Shown here in pieces: positions 38,512-49,776 of a stretch of 64,000 nucleotides of DNA. Position numbers and translations under genes: made by a program. The stretch is taken from assembly GCA_950097015.1 (NCBI GenBank), contig CATNEN010000038.1, positions 5,518,001 through 5,582,000 of the forward strand, read 5' to 3'. Position 1 is the first letter of the stretch. Each line of letters begins with the position of its first letter. The DNA is from Macrostomum hystrix. Lineage: Eukaryota > Animalia > Platyhelminthes. A model generated the notes under the pieces. That model made no database searches, was not told the DNA's origin, and saw only the letters and a program-made list of their open reading frames with translations.

Positions 38512-40568
38512 TCAGCGCCTCATCATGCCGATGGTGATGAGGACGGCGACTGACACAGCAGCCAGCGCAATGATTGGCGCCAATTGAAACCAGCGCTGCA
38601 GGTTCTCGTCCAGCAGCAGGTCGGATCCGGCAGCTGATGCGGTTGAAGATTCTTCATAGAATCTCACCAGGCCAAGCTGTTCGTTAATGAGGGAGAGCAA
38701 AATTAGTGAAGAAAATTTATTTCCAGATGCTTACTGACAGTAGCGTCAACCGCTCTTTGTGATGCCCTTTCCGTGTAAAAACAAAAATATCTCAACACAA
38801 ACATTCAATGAGATTTGGACTAGTGCCAAATAACTGTAGGCATTCGGTGTTTCACTGCCCCATAAAATTCCCTAATTCCTCAACTACGAGCTATCCCAAA
38901 TCCCAACCTCGTCGGCTTTGTCAACAACGCAAGCAAGGTGTGTGGAGGGAGAAAGGAGTTGCCGAGCTGAGCATTCTTGGCCCTGTCAATCTTCTCTATC
39001 GGCTGAACAAGAATGCTAGCAAAGCGGCAGCAGGCCAGCAATAGAGCTGCTTTTGCCCGCACAGGGCAAGAGGAGGAGAGGAACTGACGAAATCGACTTC
39101 TGTCTCGGCTCACGTGACCCTCAGCAGCGTACGCCGGGCTTCGTGCAGTGTTCGAATGTTCATTGGTGAGGGGGAGCGAATGTACATCTTCCTCGAGAAA
39201 AAATTTACGTACTTACCTACCTTGGAATATTCCCCATTTTATACTTACTGCGTTTATTTCATTTTCAAATGCTGTATCTGTCTTTCTGTTTGACGTAATC
39301 AAATCTATCAGCAAATTGATTAGCTTGTATCGACTGCAGCCCTTTGCCCTCAGCGATTTGCACTTTAAACGCAAATAGGACCCTCGAGAGTCGACTGCTA
39401 AAAAAGACTGCCCTCACTGCTTCGGACCAAAATTAGACTCAAGGCCTCGAGGCTGCCGAATGCCGAGCTCTTTTGTGTCGGCTTCACCTCAGCTTCTTAT
39501 GGGGTAACAGCACGCCACAGACCGTCACTGTCAATGTACTTTAGCTAAGCTACTACGAGCGTAAAGCTTCCTGACAAATAAGTGAGTTGCCCCTCTGTCC
39601 AAATTTTGTGGAAGACTGAGTCGGTAAGCCGGAAGTTGACAGGGTCTCTTGATAAGGCCCGGAAGTAGCTGTAGGCCATTGAGAGTTGACCTGAGCTGCA
39701 TAGATTCCAGCAGAGCTGTTCGCGTGTTGAAGAAAGTCACTCTTAGTCGTGTTATTTGACGTTCTTAGGTCAAGAAGTTAAACCAAAAAAATAAAAAAAT
39801 ACTACGCTCGTACAATTTCCCATGATTTATCATTGCGCTAAATTTCTTCTGAAGCAGAAATACTTTTCTCCTAGTGAGCTCTCTTACCCAGCCGTGGTTT
39901 GCGGCAATCCACGGCCACAGCCGGTCCTGAATGTAGTCGCTAACCCAAGCCTGAATGTCGGTGGCCAGCTGAGGGTTGCCCTCAGCTTCGCACTTGAAGC
40001 AGAGCTGCCTGGCCAGAACAAATGCCGCCACCACCCGGCCCCAGTTGATGGAGCCGTCGGCAAAGAGCGAGTCCAGCTCCTGCATGACGAAGGACTGCGC
40101 ACTCTCTGGTCGAATGTCAAGTCGGGAGTCAAAGTCAGAAAACCTTGCTCGGAGACGCTGCTCAAATTCGCGACAGAGCGCCAGCAGAGCCCGCTCGATT
40201 CGCTGCAACTGTTTCTGCTGATGCTGCTGCTGCTGCTGCTGACCGTTCGACCAGCTGGCCGACACTTCTGACAGAGGCGACTGAGTGAACGGCGACACGA
40301 AGTCGGACTGGCAGCTGCTGCTCCCAGCTGGCGTATCCGGCGACAGCCGCAGCGAGCTGGACGACGCCGTCACGGGAAAATCTGACGACGTCGACGGAGA
40401 ATTGCGACTTCGTGTTGCGGCAACAGTCGAATTGTTTGGTGGCTCTGGCACCAGTGTGGATGCAGCTGAGTCGCACGAAATGGCGGGGGCGCCGCGCAGG
40501 AGTCGGCCAGCTTCGCGGCTGCTGGAGCAGCAGGCGCGCATGAGATGAGGCACCAGCTGCTGCTGCAT
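38512..40568 (-). CDS. Bcl-2 family protein (BH1, BH2, degenerate BH3, C-terminal TM). Exons 39888-40568 (start tentative) and 38512-38676
   Basis: BH1 LFADGSINWGRVVAAF; BH2 WIAANHGW followed by the family's typical phase-0 intron; then LGLVRFYEE and tail anchor LAPIIALAAVSVAVLITIGMMRR. Confidence 0.9.
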
Positions 40569-41454
40569 TCCGGATCTTAGAGCTGAGGTTCTTGATGAAG
40601 CTTTCCGGGTGCCTATTGTTGCTTGATGTTCACTTATCCAAGCAGAAATAGCTGGGGGAGAGCTACACAAACTCGACTGTCTGACATGGGGGATCGAGGG
40701 AGCAGTTGAACTGGAGCTGCCTGACCTGCGATGCGCTCCCGGGTTGATAAGATTTTTTGCCCCAGCCAGTGGACGGCTTAGTCGAAACGAGGAAGAAAAT
40801 TTCTCCCCAGAAAGGAAAGAAATTCAGGAATAAGAGCCCAAAGCAGGGGGATTGGTGAGGAAGAAAAGGACTGAGTGGGGAAGGGAGTACAGAGGGTGGG
40901 ATGCACAGGGCTACAGCTTGATCGCCAACTGCTCTCCTCTGCTTGCCCAGCCAAGCAGCATCCCCCGAACCCCATCAGAGCGGGATCAGTTGTGTCAGCC
41001 GCGTCGGCCTTCGCAAAAGCAGAGCTGGGAGGGCGGCATGACGAAGTGCTAACTTTCGTGCAGAAAAATATTTCACGCAAAATTTCTGGATCATAACTTC
41101 TTCGGGTTTTAGCAAGGTGCAAGTATTTTATTTAATCATAATTACGTGAGCCTTTAAAACTTCCAGAAGCATACAATACTCATGCATAGAATAAAGAAAC
41201 TATATGGCCCTTAAGATTGTGAGCGACCAATCCGTAAAACAGTGGGCTGCTTTCTTTTTTCATAGTTGTAAAAAGCTGGTAAAGATAGTTGTTTCAGTAG
41301 AAATATTAATTTGTTATTAAATGTAACTAATGTCATTAAATTAACCGAATTTCGCAAAGATTTATGAACTTTTTCCTCTCGTTTGTTGCAGTTTGTTGTT
41401 TTGTTGTTTTTTTTCGCGCCAGCAACCAGCTGCTGCGACATTGCTGCAGTTGCA

Positions 41455-44400
41455 TCAGCCTCCTCGGCTAAGCAAGCAAGCAGTCGCCTGTGCTGAGAAC
41501 CTCCACGACAGGCAAGCCGCTGGACCTGCCGAGGCGCACAAGGCAGAGCACTCAGCCGCGCTGACACACTGTACAGAGAAGGCCACAGTCGATGTGGATG
41601 GGTCAGTTAGGGATGCCACTTTAAGTAGATACTCTGAAATAATTTTTTACTGTGCTCCAAGCTTCTGCCGAAAGCAATTTATCAGCACAAGAGAAATGAG
41701 CAGCTAACCTGCTCCGTCTCTCAGGGTGGTCGCAACGCGCAGCCGGAAGCCGGTCCGACCCCGGCCGGTGCCGCCCGTCTCGAAGCGGACCGTCATCAGC
41801 CGGGACGCCGATCTGTAGACGCTGGAGTTGAATTCTCCCACAGACAGGGACAGGCTGGCGAGAGGCGAGTCGGCGCCATCGAACAGACTGACTCGGTCGC
41901 AGCAGGCCTCCAAGTCCATGTGCGTGAACCAGGCCGAGATGCCGCTGGAGTCTGCAGGAGCCACAATGGTCCAGCTGCAGCTCGCGTTGCCGCTGTACAA
42001 ACTGCCGAACCCGAATCCAGAATGGCTCACTAGAGCCAAGCCAGCCAGGTCAAAGTCGGCCTGCACCACTGCGTCACCGCTGCATGCTGAAACAGGTTTC
42101 ACAGTCAGTGCATGCTGAAACAGGTTTCACAGTCAGTGCATGCTGAAACAGGTTTCACAGTCAGTGCATGCTGAAACAGGTTTCACAGTCAGTGCATGCT
42201 GAAACAGGTTTCACAGTCAGTGCATGCTGAAACAGGTTTCACAGTCAGTGCATGCTGAAACAGGTTTCACAGTCAGTGCATGCTGAAACAGGTTTCACAG
42301 TCAGTGCATGCTGAAACAGGTTTCACAGTCAGTGCATGCTGAAACAGGTTTCACAGTCAGTGCATGCTGAAACAGGTTTCACAGTCAGTGCATGCTGAAA
42401 CAGGTTTCACAGTCAGTGCATGCTGAAACAGGTTTCACAGTCAGTGCATGCTGAAACAGGTTTCACAGTCAGTGCATGCTGAAACAGGTTTCACAGTCAG
42501 TGCATGCTGAAACAGGTTTCACAGTCAGTGCATGCTGAAACAGGTTTCACAGTCAGTGCATGCTGAAACAGGTTTCACAGTCAGTGCATGCTGAAACAGG
42601 TTTCACAGTCAGTGCATGCTGAAACAGGTTTCACAGTCAGTGCATGCTGAAACAGGTTTCACAGTCAGTGCATGCTGAAACAGGTTTCACAGTCAGTGCA
42701 TGCTGAAACAGGTTTCACAGTCAGTGCATGCTGAAACAGGTTTCACAGTCAGTGCATGCTGAAACAGGTTTCACAGTCAGTGCATGCTGAAACAGGTTTC
42801 ACAGTCAGTGCATGCTGAAACAGGTTTCACAGTCAGTGCATGCTGAAACAGGTTTCACAGTCAGTGCATGCTTTAGTAGATTTACTAGCGGGTCTCATAT
42901 TACACAGCTGTTTAGTGGCGACTCACCCCAGGTCCTCACTCGGGGCCTCGCCATGAACCTCAGCTCGAATCCCGTGCGAGTTTCGCTGCTATTCGCGGTG
43001 AAGAGAACCCGAGCCGTGCCGGACACTGCCACAATGGCGGGCAGACTCACAGGCTGGTCCAGCTGCGATGCCACCTGCAGCAGAGTGGAGCCATCGAACA
43101 CGGACACTGAGTCCACGCCAGGCTCAACATCCACATGGGTGAACCAGAGGACAATCTCATGGCCCACGGGAGCTCTGAGCGTCCAGTCACAGCTGAGGCC
43201 GCTGGCATAGACGGATCCGTTACCGAAGTGTTCGTGGCTGACTATGGAAACTGGCTCGGAGTCTGGCCTCACAAACAGTTGCTGACTGCCGGAACAGGCT
43301 GAAAAGTCAAAAGTTCTTGAAAGTAATTTTTATACATATACGAGCTAGTTTCTTTACTAGGGTCCGCTCACCACTCCTATTCCTGTGTAACGATACGGCG
43401 TAGTTAATTCTGAAGCCAGTGCGAGTCTTGCTGCCGTTGGTCTCAAATCGAACCCAAATTTCGCTACCACCAGACGAGTAGGCGGGCGAATCAGCACCGC
43501 CTATCCTGCCTGAGATTGTAGTGAGCAGCTCACCACTATTTGAGTGCAGAGAGACTCGATCGCAGCAGGCTTCGAGATCCAAGTGCGAGAACCACAGGAA
43601 CAAAGTGTAACCATCTCGCGCCTGAAGCTGCCAGCTGCAGTTGAGCCTGTTTTCGTACGGCTTGCCCTGTGAGAATCCGGCATGGCTGCCAAGTTGGCCA
43701 ACACCAGTAACGGCAATGGGCCCGGGGGCATGGCCGCACTCTTGAAATGGTTTTAACAAACGGACAACAGCTTAATCGTGCGTCTGCGCTATCATTAATT
43801 TGACAAATCTTTGTTGTAGTCTTTACCCGATCCGATGGCCCGATAGGCAAGGTGAAATCCTGAGCCTGCTAGTCTGGCATCGCTCACGAAACGCACTGTC
43901 ATTGAGCTGCCAGTCGCCGTGAATTCTGTCTGAGAGAGTGAATGCTGCTCAGGCCGAGCTGAGGATAGGTTCGCCATCAGCTGATCAGTTTCTGAGTAGA
44001 TCAGCAGAAAATCGAAGCCAGGCTCAAGGTCTAAGTCGAGTACAGTTAGGGACAGAGAAAAGTGCTCCGGAGCTCTAAGTGTCCAGCTGCAATTCATGCT
44101 GCCATTGTAGGACACTCGGTTGTCGATGTCTTTGTGGCTGACCAGTGTTCCAGCCAGCTGTTCGTAGAAAATGTAGATTTGCTTGTCACCCATGCACACT
44201 AAAACATTTTTATAAATGATGTAAAGCTTAAATTAAAGTTAATTTAAAGTCTTTAATTGTCGATTTCACTCACTGCTTCCGTCAGGGACGGCTCTGTAGA
44301 TTAGACGAAAGCTCATAGATCTCCGAGCAGGTACTATGGCTATAATTGAAGCCTTGTTGCTTTCCGAATAGTACCTTGCGTTTTTCGTCAGCGCGCCCTT

Positions 44401-47400
44401 ACCGGAGTATATCATCCTATCGGAACAGCCGGCCAGCTTCACTCCCGTGGTGCCGTCGAATGCGGCTAAATACGGCTCACAGGGTAGGCTTAAGAATGTG
44501 AAACTGAATGCGACGACAAATCCGATTGGGGCAGTGAGGTTCCAAATGCAGGTGGAGCCTTGCTCATAATATTGTGATGGCTCCAGTCTGAATCCAGTGG
44601 ACGATGCGAGCGAGTCAGTCCAACTGCCGGCTGGTAGTGTAAAATTTGCACCACCGTCACTGCAAACTGAAGGAATTCGGACAGGGTTAATGAGTGCACG
44701 GTAATTGCACGGTTGGAAAGATACATGGCGGTATATGAACTAACGGTCATTCGAGTGGATAAAATGTATTGAGTATTTTAGCAAACGGGTTGAGTAGCGC
44801 AGCAATCCTTTGCGTTTGCAACTCGCACCAAGGTTCCTGAGCTCGATTCCACAGCGAGGCCACGTGCATTTGTGGCTTAGAACATGGGGGTTTTCATGCA
44901 ATTCAGGCAAGAAGGTTAATTTCCATGGCAGAGGGTGCATTGCCTGATGATTAAAAAGTCAGGGCAGATGTACACACAAGTGTGAGTGTGTGCCTGCGTA
45001 TGGTATCTGTGTGTGTGTGCTCAGTAGTCAGCGAAATGAGCAGAATAAACCGAAGGAAAATGTATGAAAATTGAAGGAATGAAACGACAAAGCCTATTTA
45101 AAACTTGGGGATATGATTTAGGACAGCCTTTCAAAGTTTGGGAAATGTGAAAGTCACTATATCGATAAGAGTAAAGAGTTAAGTTATCCAGGTAAGTGTG
45201 GTTCAACTAAAGAGCATGCAAGAAGTTTATGCAATACTTTCAGATGCCATAAATGGCGAAAGGGAGCTTTTGAAACCGTAGACGACTAAAAATTGCTACT
45301 CGTAGCTTGGGTTGCTATTGATTAGAAACACACCTGATACCACTGCTGTCTCCGCGTAGAACTTCATAATAAAACCGGATCTTTCAACGCTAAAGTCAGA
45401 ATGAAACTCCACAGTCATTGTGCTTCCAGTCGACTTAAACACTTGAGGTCTGTGGACATTCGATTGAAGCTGTGTTGAGCCCAGTAGACACAGTAGAACG
45501 TCTGTGTTGGGCCCATCGAACAGGGCCAGGTAATCGCAGCAAGCCTCAAGTGCAACATGAGTTATATAGGCTGCGACTATGTAGCCAGGTGGTGCTCGGA
45601 TGGTCGCCAAGTGATCCTGGTTGCTTTCATAGTAGCCGTAGCGATTTTTAAAGTTAGTAAGCGTGCTGCTCAGGGAATCCGGATTAACCTCGATATCGCC
45701 ATCTTCAACTGCGTTGGATAGAAAGTTTATGTTAGCTGTGAGCATAAATATTAGCTAAAGTCGAACATCATTGTAAGCAGCCTCAGAACGATCGGACTCA
45801 CTGAACTGCGATGCCGCGGCAAACTGCATCTTAAAGCCGTAGCAACTCTGAGACATTGGCGACAGGCTAAACAGCACCGTCAACGCTCCTTCAGCCGAAA
45901 TCCAAGGCGTTTCGTAGGAGTCGGAGTTTTCGCTCGCGACGGAGCCGAGCTCTGGAGCGCTAGTGGAGTCTCCGTCGAACAGGCGCAAGGAATCCGCATG
46001 GTATGTGTCCAAGCTGAGCAGACGAGCCCTAATGAAACGCTGATTTGGAGCCGCAAGCGTGAAGATGCAGTTCAGCTTGAATGTGTAGGGAGTATTTCGA
46101 CATTGCCGACTCTCCAGCGCATTCATTCCGTCCTCTAAGCTGACGTGCGCAGAATGGAATCCATCGCTGCAGACTGCAATTTTTTAAGGCATTTGGTCCT
46201 TATTAATCCTCAGTGACGGCATCAACAGTGGAAAAACCACGAGGGTATTTCAAGTACCCGCAGCCTTCCAGTAACAGCTTAAAAGTACTCCACGATATCT
46301 ACGAAACCGAATGACAAATATTCGTAAAAACCCACAATATGGATCGACATTTTCTGCCCTTTACGATGAACTAGCTTTTAAAGCCGTAGGTCAGCATCGT
46401 CACTGATTCTTGTCGATGACCCTAGTGACAATGACATTGAACATTCCTCTGTATAAACCTCGACTATGGTTAATCCATGTTGGTTTAATAGTATTGGGAT
46501 AAATATCATAATCAAAACAACACAATCAACAACAATACCGACATGGTTGCATGTTGAAATTTTTAGAGTAGAAAAATTTGCTTAGCTTGACTGTTTTTCC
46601 ACAAGACACCCCGGTTTTATGATTCTGGAAGTAGTTTTTTATAGGACTTTCGTGGCTGGAATATATTTTTTGGAATACGAAAAAAAGAAAATCTGGGTAT
46701 TTGAAATACCTGCTGATAAGTGGGGATTTCGTTTCTAGCTAAGTAAGGTACTCGTATTAACAGGACGCGACACTTATTTTAGAAAGATATTCGCGTTCGA
46801 GTCGTATTTTTGTAATTGTATTAATCTAGCATTTTACATCTATTAATCTACGAGTATAAAAAATTGACATTTTTACTTTAATTTTTACTTACTTAAATGT
46901 AGAAAAATTTATGTACTCCTAACAATTTCAAGTGTCAATTATTAACCAGTTAACAATTAACCAATTCAGATGTAGCCTCAAACCACACAGTCACATTCTG
47001 AAAGCACCTAGTGCACACTAAGCTACGTTTGGTAAGCGATACCGTATTTTTATAGGTTTGCCATGCGCTTCTTAAAATAGAGGAGCGTAATTAGATCGTT
47101 TGAAAATGAATGGACTTGGTTAGGAATTACCATAGGTGCGTCCTTTTAGTGTGCTGAACTCTAACTCGAAGCTGGCAGTCGCGGGCCTGCTGGCATTTGT
47201 GATGAACTCAACCGTAAGGCTGTTTTGCGCCGACCAGAACTTGGTGGATGACAAGTTAGCGAGGCTCCCCGTCAAAGTGGCGATTCTGGACCTACCGAGG
47301 GCGCCGTTGAACAAGTTCAAAACGTCGCAGCATGGGCGCAAGCTGAGTTTAAGAATGTTCACCGCGACACTGAAGGCGAACGGAGCCCTGAGAGTCCAAG

Positions 47401-47909
47401 AGCAGTGCCTGGAGCCGGTGAAAGGCGAAGAGACAGCAATGCTGCCTGAAGCTTCGTCTGGGCTGACATGCAGCTCCGCGTGTCCAGATTTGGAGCAGCC
47501 TGTGGCGTGTCATTTAAGTTTTGTGAGGTTTTGTGAGATGAGAACTGTGGGACTCAAGCCACTTGCTAATTATATCGATTGATACATTTTGACATGCAGG
47601 TACACACTCCAACGGGGGATAGACATCCGCCCCGCCTTCTCATCCTCGAGTAATGTAACGATTAACGGTGCCTTTGTGGTTGGACCTACCAGGCGTACAT
47701 CGCGGGCAAACCTAGCCCTTACCTCTGTTCTGAGCTCTGCAGGACCTCTGTTAATTCGAACTCAAGACTTCTATGATTTGCAAAGAGTTAAAAACATTTT
47801 TTCGATTCTTACCCAATCGATTGGGCAAGCCCATTCCTTTCTCGAAGCAGCAGGCAATGAGCATCAGCAGCAGCAGCATCAGCTGCAGCAGGAGCGACTG
47901 TAGAGTCAT
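41455..47909 (-). CDS. Predicted secreted multi-CUB protein B (signal peptide + 8 CUB + PAN/apple-like, ~1,090 aa). Exons 47813-47909, 47131-47499, 45802-46173, 45334-45708, 44274-44666, 43827-44198, 43372-43740, 42927-43298, 41709-42086, 41455-41633
   Basis: Signal peptide MTLQSLLLQLMLLLLMLIACC; eight phase-1 CUB exons. The last exon reads EYLLK...CVSAAECSALCASAGPAACLSWRFSAQATACLL, a PAN-like Cys spacing. CDS is 3,276 nt, in frame; extra micro-exons near 47640-47750 cannot be excluded. Confidence 0.85.
42081..42871 (-). repeat. 28-bp x 28 perfect tandem array of a 3' splice site
   Basis: Minus-strand unit CTGACTGTGAAACCTGTTTCAG|CATGCA; the last copy is the acceptor of CUB-B exon 41709-42086. 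Confidence 0.93.
44785..45050 (+). mobile_element. SINE family 1, degraded copy
   Basis: CTCGCACCAAGGTTCCTGAGCTCGATTCC..GAGGCCAC, AAAGTCAGGGCAGATGTACACAC and GTCAGCGAAATGAGCAGAA. Confidence 0.75.
46230..46710. mobile_element. MITE, inverted copy of the 21130-21593 family
   Basis: TIRs GGGTATTTCAAGTACC and GGGTATTTGAAATACC; internal TCTGCCCTTTACGATGAA and GATTCTTGTCGA are reverse complements of the 21.1-21.6 kb element. Confidence 0.72.
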
Positions 47910-48371
47910 GTCTGTTGGCGGAAGAAGCACTGCACTTGCCACAAGCGATTGTTGCGATATTTCTACTATTTTAAGTGGATTCAAAGCGCTTGATATTAAG
48001 CAATATTCAGCGTTTGTAGATTCGATTTACACACCTTGAGTTGTCGGAGCTTTATGATTTCACAGCATCTCAAAAAACCTGTAGACACTTGGGACACGCC
48101 GAGTCCCATCAACCATGAAAATTAATTTTTTTCTGCTTTTTTGGTTTATTGATGCCTTTCAAGAGAGTGGTTGGCTTTTAATATGATTGAAAGAGGATTC
48201 AGACAGTTCTCAAACTGCTCCATCTAATCTACTTTGTGGAAAATAATCTATCTTATCGACTGAGGAGTGTCATACACTTGCTCTTGCTCCTGTAATATCT
48301 AGACACATGGTGCAACAAGTCTAACACAAGGCTATATCCTAAGCTCCCTATTATGCTACTACTTTTCGGTA

Positions 48372-48886
48372 TCTATCTCTATCTATTTGCAGGGGGCCCG
48401 GGGCACTTGTCGCACAAGCGACGGAGCGGCACGCCCCCAGACCGGCGAACTAGGCGCTTAGCGCCCATCGCGCCGCCTCCCCTGAGCAGGCACCACACAC
48501 AGCAGCACAGACCAGCCGGGGCGGAAGGCTGATAAGAAATCAGTCCTCAGGGGGGGGCCGGGTGATGAGTGTACACTTATCCAATCGCGTTGACGGAAAT
48601 CCAGAAAGCGCGCCGCGGTGTACACCCGCCCCCAGATACCCCCCGCAAGGCCTCACGCCCCAGCGCCAACGCACACAACTCACACAACGCAGAACAGGCA
48701 CACAGAAGGTAGGAGCGAAGCTATTATTTCAAGCTTTGATTGCACGAAATATGGTGCACCTCCGCCGGTCGCTACTGTCCAAACCCCCAACAAGCCCCGA
48801 AATTAATTGTGACTTGAAGGGTGAATCGAACTAGCGTCCTTTGGAGTGCGAAGCAGCGACGTTAGCCGCTGACCCACTCGCCCCCT
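48372..48886 (-). mobile_element. tRNA-derived SINE family 2 (~515 bp)
   Basis: Head GGGGGCGAGTGGGTCAGCGGCTAACG...AGTTCGATTC, ATAG-type tail, flanking direct repeat CTACTTTT(T)CGGTA at 48359-48371 and 48887-48900. The body is unlike family 1. Confidence 0.72.
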
Positions 48887-49776
48887 CTACTTTTTCGGTA
48901 GTGTATTTAGCTTTTGAAACTGAAAAAGCGGTGCAGTTGGTCATTTGGCTTAAATTTTCCTGCAATGGTTTCACAATGTTTAAAAAAGTGGGTACTGATC
49001 TTTAGATTTCTGATCGCTTTAGTTCAGGAGTTCGATTCTCCACCTAAAGGAAACAGTTGTGTCATTGAGCAATTTACTTTATTTATTTACTTTATGTTTA
49101 ATATCATCGTAAAGTATAGTATATATTTTTATATCTTTTTGTCATTTTTAATTATGGTTTAAAGCACTGAACAAAAGAATTAAAAAAAGAAAAATATTGT
49201 ACTACTCGTAGTAGTAGAGTATGATCCCTCAATATGCAAGCAAAACCTAAGCTGAGCTGATCTTGCTAATTTTAGCTGACAAGGACTTGCATGGCGTTCA
49301 AAGAGCGAAGTTTCTCTGTTCGAAATTCAGCACTCACTACCAGCTAAAAATATTCTCAAAATTCCCCAAAGCCGTTCAGTTGCAAGGTCTGCACAATGCA
49401 CTCAAAGTTTGAACAAATAAATGTGGTCTCAACCAATGCATTCTCTGAGAAATGCTCTGAGCACGAGCAATGCCCTGTGTTCCCTGGTCGTGCACTGGGG
49501 ACGGTCCGTGAGCGGACCACTCTTAATATTGAACCGAAAAAATTGCTGGATGAGCCAATTCAGCCATAGCTAAACAGATCCCGATCGAAGGGTCAAATCG
49601 TTTTTCCCACTAGGCTGCCTTCAAGCTTGTTGAAACCGACAATGTGAAAAACGTCAAAGACTAACTGCGTGCCTGCTTCTGCAGAGCAAAAGCTTCTTGA
49701 ATTAATATCTGAATATCTTGAATTCGTTTCTTTTTAGTCTCTTGCTGTAATTAGGACTTTCAAAACAAAAGTTAAA

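Noticed and set aside
16132-47909. Calling the CUB region a single cubilin gene
   Set aside because: No EGF repeats or N-terminal coiled coil; two separate signal-peptide exons; gene B has its own terminal exon and stop.
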